From Callorhinchus milii (Eukaryota), in NCBI RefSeq assembly GCF_018977255.1, contig NW_024704743.1, positions 85,500,001-85,564,000 of the forward strand: DNA of 64,000 nucleotides, read 5' to 3'. This document shows, piece after piece, positions 12,401 to 27,400 of this stretch. The translations under genes and the position numbers were made by a program. Below the pieces are notes generated by a model. That model was not told the origin of the DNA. It made no database searches and saw nothing but the letters and a program-made list of their open reading frames with translations. Each line of letters starts with the position of its first letter. The stretch's first letter is position 1.

Positions 12401-15400
12401 AAGAATATGGGGTTTAAAGGACAACTGAGAATTGAACAAGGCATGGAGATTCCTTACTGGTTTAGTGAGGTAGAGTGTGCATCCATTTATAGAGATATTG
12501 CTCATCCCTCGCACCTTCCACTCGATTATTGGAGGTTGCACTTTCAGCCACTGCGCCCTGAAACTCTGGAACACTATCCCTCAATCCCTCCACTTTGCCC
12601 GTCTCTCCTCTTTTTCAAGTCCAGCCCGAAAACCTTCCTCTTCAACCATGCTTATGGCCCCACCACAGCTCGGAGTTGGGTGTTCCACCACTGTTAAGCG
12701 CTCTGAAATGCTACCCTGCATTGAGATCACTATATAAGTGCAAGTTGTTGTTGTTGTACTTTCAGGTCAGAGGTAAAAAAGCAATAAAGGGAGCCAAGCA
12801 GGACACTCCCTGTTTTGTCAATGTTCAATTGGAGCAAGTTAGCTCTCACTCAGGACTTAATGTTTGTCAGGCAATCAGACAGGACAAAGAATAGATGATC
12901 ACGATTGTGAGTACAGGCTTTTTGACACAATCTAATGCAGAGATCATGAAGCTTTCTGTTATCTTCAGTTGTGGCGCTGCTATAGTTGAGCAAACATGAG
13001 TAAAGCAACATGATGCATGGCAATATCAGGGCAATGTAAATGTCACTGACCTGGGTTCATTGGTTATATCGACTTTGCAAAAAACATTCCATTATAACAT
13101 TGCAGTGCACTAGAAAATATATAAAACTTTACTGGCTGCAAGCCAAGCATGACTTATTTGAAGCTTTCTGAAATTAACTTTTCCTTTACCAATTATTTGA
13201 AATATAATGGTTAAAAGGAGTCAAACATAATAGATAAACAGACGATTATCAGATCTGGAAAAGCCTGCAAGAAGACAGAAGTACTGTAGATGTAGTGGGA
13301 AACCCAGAGAGAAATAATGAACAAGTGGTGCTGGAAAATTTTTGTTTAAGAATTGTTTTAACTTGTTTAATGTTCAAGAACATTAAATTCAACACAAGCT
13401 AAAAATAAATCACTGTTGCCAAGAAAGGAGAATAATGTCTGAGACATTTTTCCAGGACTGTGCAACTCCTATTTACAGAAACTTTACTTACGTCATTCTC
13501 TTGTGGTTTAATAAACTAAATTGGAAGTTGTCATGAGATCCTTAGGGCCCCATTTTTCCTTGTGGTACAAACTATGTGCAGTAGAGCAAAGTGTGTTGGG
13601 TATCTATGCGGTCAGAGGATTAGTGCCTGATCAGAAAGCTTAGTTGTCATGTTGATATAAATTGCGATAGAGTGTAACAGCACTTTCCTTCAGCTGTATG
13701 GAAGTCTCAGAGAGAGGGCACCCTCAGACAACCTCCCCCTCCCCCTCAGATTATGGGGAAATAAATACGTAGGCTAGATAAGTAAGGGGCCTCAAATCTG
13801 CTTCTACATGTTGAGAATAGCAGTTTTTTTTTCAATAATCTTTCCTGCACTTCCCATTTATAATCCCTCTTGGTTTTGAGACAAACATTGCAAGATCACC
13901 AGAGAGGTTTGGATGAAGAAGAACCCTCAGTCCATTTGATCTCATCCTTCCACAATATCCATCCTACAATCATCCCAACACAGCATCAAGCTGTTTCTTA
14001 AATGAGTCCAGTGACCAGGCATTAACCACCCTTCCTGGTAACCTGTTCCAGTCATTGATTACCCTTTGCGGTGTCTGTCCTGAAATCGCCATTTGCCACT
14101 TAGACCTGTGTTCTCTTGTTCTGTTGCCTTGTTCAGAATTTACGTTCTCAATCCCATTTAAAATATGTTATACCTCTATAAGATTCCCCTTGAGATGCCT
14201 CTTTCCAAGGCTCAAGAACCCTCGCTTGTTTATTGTAGTGTATTCCTCCAGCTTGTTGTTGTGCTCTACCTTGGCTTTCAGACCTGGGCAGCCCATTATG
14301 CCATGATCACCAAAACAGTATGCAGCACATGCTTGTCAAAGTGCCAAATAGCACTCCAAGCTAGACTATCATTTCACTTACATACACAATAGTCTGTGCT
14401 CAACAACTTTTGATGTTTGTCCTGAAATTTGGATGCAAATCAAAAGCAATTGCTATTGGGTTACACCCGGTCATGGGCTGGCTACTAGTTGTTCAATGAC
14501 AGTGAGTTGGGGTTGCTTGCTCTCGAAGTTTCCCATAAAGGAGACATGTTGCTCTTGTTGGGGACCTCACCACAACAATGTGGCTGCGATCAGCATATCA
14601 ACAATGCAGTCCAAAATGTGGGTGTTATAACCTGTTTTCACAAGGAATAATGAGGAAATAATGAATCCTGCTATTACTGGATGTACATCACACGGACCTA
14701 TGGGAACTCCACTGATATGATGGGAGGAAATCACATTACAGGTCGGCACAACACATATCTGGTTGTAACCTGTACCAAATGCAGGTTGAATCTATTAGGT
14801 TGAAATTCCGGGTCAGCATTACATGCAGCTCTTTTTTCCCATTATGATTGTTCATTGCCAAAGGCATTATGCATAATGCTGATCATAATCTGGGGTCTAA
14901 AACACTTCCCACTGTGTTTTATGGAGTAAGTAATAAAAGAAAATACCTTTATACTTGAGCCTATTAATTGTGAAGGTGCTGACCAGTACCCGGGCACCAA
15001 AGGATTCCTTTACCCAGCCAGGATAATCATGACCAGTGATCTTGATGTTTCTGCTGAGAAGCCCCACATCTGCAGCCAGTCTGTAGCTCTGTCCTGTGCC
15101 TTCAACTTCATGCTTTTCTGCTTTAAAATGAATCAAAGACACTCTCACCACATGTACAGTGGGAGTAATAAATTCTGATGACTGCAGATTAGCCTTTCAA
15201 CAAGACTGATCCACAGTGTCAAGGTCTTGCTTTACAATTAAAGGGCCTTCCACTAATCTCTGTTTTAATCCAATTTGTGTTCTTACATTATCCTGTCTTT
15301 CTTCTTGTTAAAGATCCTGTGAAACTACAGTTTGGAAAATGAGAAGGGATTGTCTCTGGTGATTCACATTATGGCTGCTGTGGGACCTTGATATATTAGC

Positions 15401-18400
15401 TGTCTGATCTGGCTACAAAAATAGTCACTACACTGGAAAACATACAGGAGCTCTTAATTCTAATAATATTAATCCTTACATTTGATATAGCACCTTTCAC
15501 ATCAGGTGCTTGTCTCAAAGCACTTACCAGGAAATATTGTAAAGGGTTGTGACTTTGCACTTCGTAGACTGCAATTTACTATTCAGATCTCTTCATAAAA
15601 TTCTTTTTTTTTAAAAAAAGAACTCCCTCGCTGATTCAGGAATGCAAAACTTACTTCATAAGTTGTGTAATTTACAGTCTCTTGACCTTCTTTCAACCTT
15701 ACAGGGCCTTACACTGTGGACCTTATGGATAATAAATGAATACACTTCAGACCCAGGAAAACTTGATCTGACTTAAAATCTGGGACTCCTGCCATCATTG
15801 GCACATAGCTGCTGTAGTAAACTTAATTTCGCCCAGAGAGAATTATACCTTAAGGGGAGATTCTCCAAACATCAATAAATTTACCAGAGGGCATTCAATC
15901 CTTTGTGGTTTAGTAAATGTAATGGAATTGGTGGTGTGATCTTTTAATGGGATTTTGCTATGATGTGCTGTCTGGACAAGGTCAATACATATAATGAATG
16001 GTGACGAACCCTATACAAAGTTTCCTACCATACTGAGGAACCTGATTACTCTTACAGCCTAATGCTACTTACAAATGTGAGTATACGAAAGAGGTCTATC
16101 CAATAGCAGTGTTATTCCATCAAATGAGATGGAGCTGATTGTTCTGATTTCAGTCTGCTGGGCATCATAGCTGGTAGTTGTTACTACTATCTGGTCCCCA
16201 TCCTGTTCAAAGCAAGCACAGGTCAAGTCAGCAGCTTTCATAGGTAAACATTTAGTTGCGTGGATAAAGTCCCCACTGCAGACACTACCAATGTTGTGCG
16301 TCCTCAGTGGTATAACTGAGCACAACAACATATCAGAGTGTTGGACTCTTCCACAATACACAAACCCCATTGAGATGTATTGTGACAGTAGGCAAGTGGC
16401 TCCTCAATATGCCCCTAACCTCTGATTGAAAGAGATCCATTATCCCTTATGTTTCCATATTACTCGTTTGCAGTACACAGCCTATTAGGGCTCTGACCTG
16501 TATCTAACTTGTTCTTCATCATCCACATCATATCAGTGTGTATCTGGAAGTAGATCACATTGGAGTGGCATTCTCATGCTTTGGCATGACATACTTTCAG
16601 TTGGAGACCCAATTTGTGTGACTCTGGTTCCTTAGACCACTATCTATCTTAGCATCTCCTGCCAACTCCCCGGTATATGCATGGAAATGCCTGGCGATTG
16701 AGCTCATGGGTATTCACATCAAAGGTGAGTAGCACAAGCAACGTGCTGTCAGTAGTGTTGAGTCCATCCTGGGTGAGACAGGCCAGCAGCGTGCCTCTAT
16801 GGAGTCTCATGGTGGGCTTTTCTCTTTTTGGTGATGTGAAGTCACACCTCTCTTTTGATGGGATCCTTGCTGGTGGTTGGGAATGAGATAATCCAAGAGG
16901 AGCCAAAAGGGCATGTAATTGTGGTTGATGATGGCATAAATTAAGTCTAATGAAGGAATATGCAAGAGAATTGACAAACTGCATCACATGTTTAGTGTTT
17001 CAATAAAATCTGCTTGGTTTAACTACAACTAGTTGACTCGAGCCTTTTCAGTGGTATCCTGCAAGATGGGTGTGGGTGCTATATAAATGCAAGTTGTCGT
17101 TATTGTTGTCTCTTACCTGCCAATCAACAGCTTCTGCCAAAGTTACATTGGTAGATCCTGCCAGAGCAGTTAGAGCCAGTTTAGTCTTATAGACTGAATG
17201 CCCAATGCCGTGAAGATCTAGCCCTCCAAATACACCTACAGAATGAATATGAAACAAGCTGCTGTTGATTCAATAGATGGCCACTCACTGTTACTCATGT
17301 ATAGAGAATAGAACTAGAAATAAGTGTTATCCCAAAGCGGTATCAAGACAGAAACTCCACAGAGATGAGTCCACTGGTTTACCCAAACTAAAGTTTTAAA
17401 AGCCATGTAAGGGCAGAATACTGAAAAGTTATAATTTTATTTTTTTAAATAAAATAATTTTTTTTGCTCACCTAATACCTTTGAGCCTTGATTTGGTCCG
17501 TTTGGTAGAGGCCAGTCTGGTGTTAAATGATCTCCTCTCAAGACAATTTGTATCTTTCCTCTGAAAGGCTTACCCTCTTGCCCTGCGATTAACCTTCCTC
17601 CCTGCACAAAAATGAAAATTAGAACAATACCTATATCTACAAATCTCTATACTCCTGCTTTTATTGTAAAAAATTGTTTTAATACTAAAGAGACAGATCT
17701 TTTACTTATGACCAATTATCTCCACTTCCATTCTATCCTGAAGGAATTTTTTATGTTCTTTCCGTTTACCGCAGACAATGGTTGCTCTCAGCGTCTTGTT
17801 TGAATGGCCATTATTCACACATGATCCCCGAAAATGAGTGTTGTGGTCTTTTTTACCTGTGGAGATTAGTGCAGCCTTGATGAATCCTGTTCTCATTTAA
17901 TTGAAATCTAATGATTTCTGTGCAGCTGGACCTAGTGATATTGTCTGTGGCAGGAAGGAGGTATATTTGTTTTTGGGCAACCTGGTAACTGACATAGATG
18001 GAAACCCATCACTAGGCTTTAGACTTTAGAGTATGCAAACCGGACAATACATGCATGGAAATTTCTCTCTGCCTGGAATGGAATGTGTACTCTCTTCACA
18101 GACCCATTTTACTTAGTCCTAGAAAGCATCAGATGTAGGTTAGTAAGAAAGAAGTCTTGAGTACTCCAGGTTGTGCACTAGGATACTGCAGGAGTTTAAT
18201 CAGCAAACATTGTTTGGCAAGCATAAATCCAACCAGCATCACCCTATCTGTAAGTGGGAAGATTCCCTGCGCACAAGTGACTAATCTGTATAAGTCCTGC
18301 TGATGAGCCAGGCTAATTGCTCTGTCATCAACAGTGTTTTGTGGAATTGTGGACCTGCCTGGACCACATAGGATAGATATGATTCTGATATTTCATTGCC

Positions 18401-21400
18401 AGGTATGTCACCTTGGAGTCAATAGGCCCAAGGAGACCCTGCTTACTTTCCCCTCTTCTCTCAAGGAGGAGAGTTTGAAAGGTAGGTGAAGACAGATGAA
18501 TATTCTAGGGTCTTGGCTTGATTAACTTTGTGGTTTACATAACTTCAATATTTCCTGTTCAGGGTACATATTTCCACTCTTCCCAATCTTAACTTATATT
18601 GTCAAGTACAAGGGATAGTCTTGTGTTACCTGTATTGATATGTAAGTTGCATTCAGGACAATGTTCATGTAGGATGATGAGTTTGCCCGAGTTGAATTGC
18701 TTAGGATGTCATCCTTCAATTCTAAGATGCCATAGATGGTAAGTTTATTCAGTGAAGGAATATCAGTGTCCACCACGAGCCAGGTTCCTGGAGAAATAAG
18801 TATGTTCCGTACATTTAGATTGTTAATCATCAACCTTTTTCATGGATATAGTAAACACAATACTCAACTGTTCTTCCCCAAACAAATGGTATTTTTTCAT
18901 TAAGAAAGCCAAATATGGCCTATGTGTCAAGATCGATTAATACTTTTTATTTTAACCGTTTAAATGCATAAGAATAAAGTGACCTTCATCCATATGGGTT
19001 TGTTGGAGTTTTTCTATAATGTTATTTTGGACTAGACTCAGTTGCTCCAATAGATGAGATATCATCATCTTGCAATCCAACAGCAATACAAATTTACATT
19101 TATATAGTGCTTTCATGTCAAGAGGACATCCCAAAGCACTTAAAAATATTGGCTGTGCACCTGAACTGGGGGTGGGAGCCAAGGGGTGTTTGGAGGATCT
19201 GCCATCTTGGGCTTGATGGCAGAATGGCTTCCTACTATATTGTAATTTCTGTGATTGCAAGTTTCTATGCCCTAATTTTTATATCAGAGCCTGTGAGTGA
19301 TGGGCCCCCCTCCTCTCTCCCCCTTCCTTTCTCCCTGCTCCTCTCTGTGGGCCCGTTCATTGAATCAAGCAATGGAATACAACTGTCACCTCTTCTGCGT
19401 GTCACTGGAGTGCCACTCTCTATCTTGGTCAATGCACATCTGGTTATTTGACTGATCTGGGTCAGTTGTGCACTTTGTGAGATTGTAAGAGCATTCACAA
19501 TATTTTACTTTTCTTCTTCAATTCACACGCTGCCACTCATGACAAGCCCGTGCTCAGCATCCAAATGTGTAGCACTTTGAGATGCTATCCTTTGTAATAG
19601 GTGCTATATAAATGAAGATTGTTGTTATTGTTGTAAGATAAACTTGGGAAGTTAGAATTTCTGATTCATTCTTTCTCATTGGATTGTGACATGTGTGACT
19701 GTCTGGTAATAATTGGAAGGAAATTAATGCTTACTCTCTCTTGGAATGTTTGACTGATCCACTATAAAAGGAGACTGGGATAAGAATGAATATTTCATGG
19801 AATAAACAACACAGGGTCTATCATCAACTCTTCCGGATAGTATGTCAAAATCACTTGCCTTTTCTCAATAGTATTCTGAAGGATAAGTCAAGTCAAGGAG
19901 AATTGACTGGCTGTTATGTCCACAGAGTCAAAAAATTTGTCAACACTTAGCGCTTAGACTCACAAGCGAAAATGGCCACTTGAGTGCAAGTTACTGTTGG
20001 GCATCCAACATCTACTGAACTGTACCTTAGCAAGAGTGATAGTCAGTAGGGAGAATTTGAGGGGAATCCCAAAACAACCAAATTTACTCCCTGCCTATTC
20101 AAATATGCTCTTTAGCTCAGTGATAATCTCCTGCTATATTCACATTAAGTTACTGGTCCAATTTCCCTCTTATGCATGCTCTCTGGAACACTACCTCTCC
20201 ACGGTCACATTTCAACATTTAGAGGAGACAAGTGGATCCACAGAATGGCATAATCTTCGTGAGATGGTTCCCTTCAGACCTCATTGATCTAGAATACCAC
20301 AAGGGCCAGTGGAGATCCCATTAACTAACAGGCATGAGATTGATGCTAAAATAAATCCAGGCTCTGATCTTTTCTGGAATGAGATTTCTGTGCTGAACAT
20401 CATGCAAATTAAAACCTTTGTCTCAGTGCGACCTTGGTGGTTGGAAATTATCCCATTGGTACATTAATAATAATTCTTGTATTTGATATAGCATCTTTTC
20501 AAGTTGTTGAAACATTTCAAAGTGCTTCACAAAATATATTATAAAGTGGATTGATTGTGTATTTTCTGGGCGCAACACAGCAGCCAACTGCGCACGCCAA
20601 TGTCCCACAAATAATTGTGGATTTTGAATTTTTTTTGGGTTGGATTATTACCCCCGGAAAGCGATCTGCTAATTGACTAACAACCTGATCCCTATTTACT
20701 ATTAGGTAAACAGAGGCATGTGGAGTAAGGAAAATTGCCTAAGGTTTTGCCCTGTTCAGGAAACACATTGCAGAGTGTTGGGACACACTGGAGCAATTTT
20801 GCATTAATTGGAGCATGTAAGCTCTAGTGAGTCTGTTTTTGTTTATTTGTTATATTGAAACAATTGAAAAGTCCATGTGAATAACCATTCATTACCTGGA
20901 GGGATAACTACAGAATCTCCTTCAGCAGGAACTGTATAATTGTTTTCAGGTGAGAGTCTCCAGAAGGAAGAGTTCGACCACAGGCTAAGAAATAACAGAT
21001 ATGAGAATAATACATTAGTAGAGTACCTTGTGTGTCAGACCTACACCATCAACTAATATGAATGCAAATATATGACAGAACATTTGTTTCCATATTGAAA
21101 AACTGTAATCAGTTTCTTTATATTTTGCCACAACTGAAAGGGATATTTGGGTTTGATGGATAGTAATGACAGGGAAAATAAATAAGATAATCCTTTTTAG
21201 CCGATCAGTCATGTGATTTAGAAAGGTCTTTAGAGAGCTACAAAATGTTTCTGAGAAAGTAAACCCAGAACAATACTTTCAGATATGTCAAAGGCTGGAA
21301 TCACACAACACAGAAGGCCATTTAGAAACATAAGAAGACAGGAACAGGAGGAGGCCATTCAGCCCATCAAGTCTGTTCCACTAGTTTATTAGATTTTGTC

Positions 21401-24400
21401 AGATCTTTTAATCCCAGTTTTTTGGGGGTCAGCTGGGTGAATCACAATTACAGAAACAATAATAATGATAGTGATAATCCTTGCAATTGATATAATGTCT
21501 TATCACATCTTCAAGACATCTCAAAGAGCTTCACAGAATATACTGTAAAGTGAACTGAATGTATATTTTGTGGACGAAATGCGGCAGCCAATTGCACACA
21601 GCAGTGTCCCACAAACAATCGTGAATTGAGTGGCAATTTTTTTGTGGTTGTTTTGAAGGGATTATTACAATGATCTGCCCTTTCACCAGATTCTTAAATA
21701 CCTATGACCCATCATACCTACATTGTGGTATTATATTAATAATCTTTACATTGGTCTAGCTCCTTTCATGTCATGAGAAGGTCTCAAAGCGCTTCACAGG
21801 ATATACTGTAAAGTGTTGTGACTATGTATTTGTAGGTGAATGCGGTAATCAATTTGAGCATAGCAATGTTTTGAAAACAACAATAAAGTCAATAACCCAT
21901 TTTATTCAGGGGCAGAATTCCAAAATTGCAGAAAACTTCAAAATAAGGTGTATGGCTAGATGCAAAGAACAGTATAGGATTGCACAGACTGACACAGACA
22001 GACAGGCACAGGCAGGCTAATTGATTCTGCTGGGTTGATGTCTCCAGCTAATTTCAGATATTGACTCCATCAGTTGAAGTTTGATCCTTTCAGTGGGTTC
22101 AGTGTCCTTTTAATACAGTTTTACACCAGTTGAATATACTGCCAACCAGAGTTCTAAGTGTCCATCCTGGAGCAACAGCTAGGAGCACTAATATTCTTAT
22201 CAGTCCATAAATCTTCAGTAACATTATCATGCAGGGTAAACTTTGCATTATAAATTCTGCCTCTAGAATATCCTTTCTGCTAGTTTGTTAATATGTACCT
22301 TATTCTTTCATCTACTATCTAAAGGTTTACTCAACATTACACTCAGGACTATATTAACATTGATAGTAACCGCGACAATAAAGTTCAATTCCATTGATTT
22401 ATTTTCCTTACTCATATCCGTCCAGTTGTTTTTTCAACGATGGCATGGTTGGTGGGGGAGGCGGGTTACAATGTTTGAAAAAGCAGCGATAAACATTAAG
22501 ATGCACATTGACATCAGTCATTGTCGAGTCCAAGTTTTGAGTGACGTACCGCGATTGCAGAGTATTTCTTCCTGAAACTGGAATGAATTAAATCAGAAAC
22601 TATTACATTCATATTATTACATTCATTCATATTATTACCTAATCCAACACAGATAAAAGCTGAAATAGGAAGAAAATAATCAAGGAAATTTCATTTGGGT
22701 TTTTTTTAAAGAAAAATCATTTCTGTAAATAAAATAAATTCATGGGTTTTGAACAGTTAATTATTTTGAGATTCACTTTGCAGACAGCTGCAGAACAAGC
22801 AGTGTCTTATTACGGATCTCAGCATTGCCACTAACAGGATCCTGGAGGTATCACAGCAGTGAGATACAATCGTATAGCATCCTGGCAGCAACTTTTTTTA
22901 AAAAATCAAAACCAATTTATAAAATACGAAAAGCTGAGATTCTTCAAATGGAATATAAAGTGTAATTCACCCAGTGCAGCCACCCACAGATTGAGAACGT
23001 TGTAGATTGTAATAATACTGATCTCAGCTGGGGCAGCAGTTGAGGATACAGTCGTTTTTTGGTTTTAGGAGAAAATAAAATCAGCCAGTAATTCCAGTGA
23101 CCTCTCCTAGAAAGTGCGTGCTTGTGGATGTTGGGTGAGGACAGGATAAGACTCAGCTGTGATTCCCCCCCACTCATCCACACAGTTAAACAGCCTGACT
23201 CAATGGGGATGAAATTCTGGTCTGCTTTATATGTAGTGTCTTTGGTGTTTAATGTGAGATTACAATAAGAGAAACCCCATTAACATCCACAGGTGACACA
23301 GGTGCCATGGATAACGCCAACCGGAATTTCAACCCAATTGTCTAGGCCACTTGTGCTCAGTAGATGAGGGCACCTGTGAAACTGTTCCTGAGCATGAGGT
23401 GGCAGTTATGGGTGAAGAGAGGAGAAAGCTGGCAAAAAAGGCATCTTAAATAATTGTCATCATAGCAAATTACAATGGCAATACCTGTCATTTTAGTACC
23501 CAAAATGGATTATTACTATAACAGACTAGAACAGACTAACATCTAGCTGAAAAATGCTCTGTGCAATGTACATGTAGTAATATAAGAAATTAACCATATA
23601 AAATTGCACTCTAAAATAACATTGCTTTATAATGTAAAAGGTCTCACCCAGATAGTATAAGGTTGTATTTTCTTTTTCAAAATACCAGTCACCATTCGTA
23701 TTGTTGGACCAGCTAAGTGGATGAAGTGAGCCATTGTATGAATTCGTGATTTGGAACATGTCTGGATGCTGAGTGAAGTTATGGGAAATTATAATGTAGT
23801 CTTCTTCCTACAAAGGAAATACATTCATGTTACTTTTGATCCTTGATTTCCAGTGCCTTGGGACATCCTCCTGATGTAAACAAATGTAATCTTGTTGTTG
23901 TTGCTGTTGTTGGTGATCACTGTTAGATAAATGGGCACAATTGTCATAGTATAGTTTACTAACTTAGTTTACAAAGCAATAATATGTCATTTCAAAATGC
24001 ATCAAATAAGTAATGTCATTGGGACAAGACTGACATGTGGGATTTGCTGCCTTGTAGCTAAAACAAAATGTATAAAAATTTTGTATTTTCTATTTGGTGG
24101 AGTAGTTATCAGAAATAAAGGTGACAAGCTGTGTGGTAACTTGGACACAGAACTGGGAGCTAATTATTCTAACAGCATCCTTGATTTATGGTGATCTGTG
24201 AAACCTGACTTTTAAAGGGTCTGTTAAAATGGATACAAACTTTCACAAATATTTACAGTAGTTTCAAATCTTAATTTGTGAACGCTGAGAAAGTCTAGTG
24301 AAGCTTTAAATTTGACTGGGATTTGTTAACATCAATCCCGTCCTTGACATATCTTTCAGAACATTTGCTCAGCAAACAGAAAATCCCTGAAAATACGATT

Positions 24401-27400
24401 ATTTTGGATGGGAAATCCAGGGGAAAAGACAGGACATATCTATTCAAAGATACATACTTACTCCAAGAGTTTCCATTCAAGAAAGAAATGACATGTACCT
24501 TGAATCCATAGAAAGTGGCCCTGTATGAGATGTTGGTAACGTAATCCATGCCCTCAAAATTAAAATTGAGGGTTCCGTTGTTAGGAATAAGAGCCATCCA
24601 GCCAGGACTGTGGGTCAAACGATTCGACAGGAATGGAATGATGCTGATGCCTTCATTAACACATCAAGGGAGGTAAAGAAAGCACTGTCAGCCATATCTT
24701 TGAGTTCAGGACACACAGAGCAAGCAACACAACTCAATGTTAGTTTCCCAGTGGGTTGCTCAGAAAATGTTAAACTATTGTGTACATATCAGAGGTTCTG
24801 GTTAATGATTTATCAAATAACCTCCTTCATCATTGGCATGCGATCTCTGTTTTACCCTTCTTAACCCAGAGGCTGTGACAATCTGGCTGTGGATTTCTCT
24901 ATTATTTCTACCAATGTTATTCTACCAATCTCGCCTCTGCTCGACTGGCACCGGCCTCCTGCTTGTCCCTCGCATCCTCCGCACCACCATTGGAGGTCAC
25001 GCTTTCAGCCAATACGCCTTGAAAATGTGGAACATTCTCCCTCAATCCCTCCACCTTGCCCCCTCTCTCCCCTTTTTCAAGTCCCGCCTGAAAACTTTCC
25101 TTTGCTTACGGTCACCTCCCCTCCGGCTCGGAGTCCGGCTCCGCTACTGTTAAGCGCTCTGAGACACTACCCTGCATAGAGAGCGTTATATGAGTGCAGA
25201 TTGTTGTTGTTCTGTACTGATCAAAGGGTCTCCCTCCCAGGGTTTCCTAACCAGTTCTGGAATACTTTTCTAGCCTGAGGTGGTTCATCCAATAAAAGAA
25301 CAAATAACAAGCAAAATATACCCTAGAGAGAAGCCACTTCAAGCTGGAGCTAATGCCCTGCCAAGTGATTCTTACACTGTCAAAGTAAGTTACGTGTCTA
25401 TGTAAGAGATCCAATCATGACTGGAGGTATCCAATAGAAAATAGGCCCACAACAGAGACTCATTATCTGCACTTTGCCTCAAGAACTGCAATGAAATATT
25501 TATATGTGTTGATGTATTTCTGTCACAAAGATTGAAAACTGGTTATCAAGATATCTAGCATTACATACTTCTTTCCCCACTCTCTCCCCAGGATTGTGTA
25601 CTGGTTGACTGATTTCAGCTTTTTGGGAATTAATAAAATCATACCAACCTTGTTATCAATCTTATATTCTGTGGGTTGATAAATTTATTGAACTTTTAGC
25701 TGTTTATCTATAATGTGAAATCCCATTACCAAGTAGTGGACTTGTCTGCTAAGTGAGTAAAATAACTTATTGGATAGTTATCCTCCTGTTTTTCCAAAGT
25801 CAAACTACCTACACAGGAGCATTCGTCCCTGTCCCTCCCTCAAAGAGAAAAGCTTCTTTGAGGGAGGGCCACAAGTTTCTAAACAGAATTAGAGTATTTA
25901 TGATACAGATAACAACAACGACAACTTGTATTTATATAGTGCCCTTCATACGGAGTAGTGTCTTGGAGCACTTAACAGTAAGATGCTGAGTCAGGAAGAG
26001 AGGGGAGGTGACCAGGCACAGTCGAAGGTCTTCAGATATGATCCGAAGATGAACAAGGATTTACTTCAAGATGGGGCAAGGATTTACTCAAGGTATAGGG
26101 CAAGTTGCTTTTGAAGAATAGCTTAGGAAGCAAAGTAGTAGCATTTTCAGGGGACTCATTTGCAGTATTTCTTAATTGAAATCCTTATTTCTGAATAGCT
26201 GTTGCCACAAGCAGCCCGATTTACATAACTCAGATTCCTTATTAAAGAACGCTGTTGAAGAGTACTGGAAAGCAGATCTCGCTATACAACAAAGCTTTTT
26301 TTTAATCCCAGACAGAAATGGAACCTACCATAAGAGCCTGCCAAAATCACATTCTTTCCGACCAGGGAACTTGGTGAAAGATTATTGAAAGCCAAACGAT
26401 GAAAACGAATTGTGGAATCACAAAGAAGGCCAGGGTAGCCAGTGCTCCACTCTGTTGAAGGATGGCATCGAGCAGGATCATAGAGGAAGCTCTTGGGGAC
26501 TACCTTGTAATTGGTGTGACCTGCAAAAGCCAGTTTGCATACAGCACATATCAATCAAATATATTATTCCAATGTCAGGCACTTTAATACAGCAACCCAT
26601 TCTCACCTTTCTTCCTTAAACCAGAAGACAAGCAAAGTCTTAACATTGACTGCGCTGGAGTGTCAGCCTGGACTGTGAGCTCAAATTCTCAATGTGGGGC
26701 TCAAACCTACATACAATCTACTGAGTCAGAGTGCTACCAACTCAGCCAGGCTGACATTTAAGCAAAGGGATGTGGGCGCTATAACCCGAAAATAAATTTG
26801 GGCAAGCACAAGCAAAGTGCTCCTGCTTGGCTCCCGGGCATGCTGACCTTTCAGCACAGAGACCTGGCCGTGGCACCACTCCCAGGTCAGGTAGGCCCAG
26901 AATATATAGTGGAAATGGAATCTGTGGACTTGAGAATCCCACAAATACAGTAGATTGAAATTCGAACAACTTGTCCTTGTTTTACGATGACTTGTGAGAA
27001 TTCTTTTTTTGAAATTTTTGAAACATGCACTTAACTTTAACAGATATATCAAACATTGAATCCCTGAGGTTTGATAAATGTGTTGGGTCTGACCTGTAAG
27101 GGAACCATCCAGATCATGCAGAACCACTTCATGCTCCCATCGGAAAGCAGCCTTGTTTGTGGTGTTGAGGTAGTGAATGTCGCTGAATCTCGCACTCCAG
27201 CCTCCACATTTATTGGAGCAAAAGCCAGTGATGGAGGCCACCCCAATGCCAGCACAGCTCGGCCGATCAAAGTTAACAAACTTTACTGAAGATACTGTCA
27301 GCCCGTCATCGAGTGGCAAAATGATACCTCTGGTGGTGCAATAGTCAGAGTCGAGGCCCAGTTCATCCATGTGACCTATAACTGTTGTGTTCGTAATCAC

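Noticed and set aside
16649..16987. 112-aa intronic minus-strand ORF
   Set aside because: No recognisable domain, and the flanking exons already splice in phase without it.
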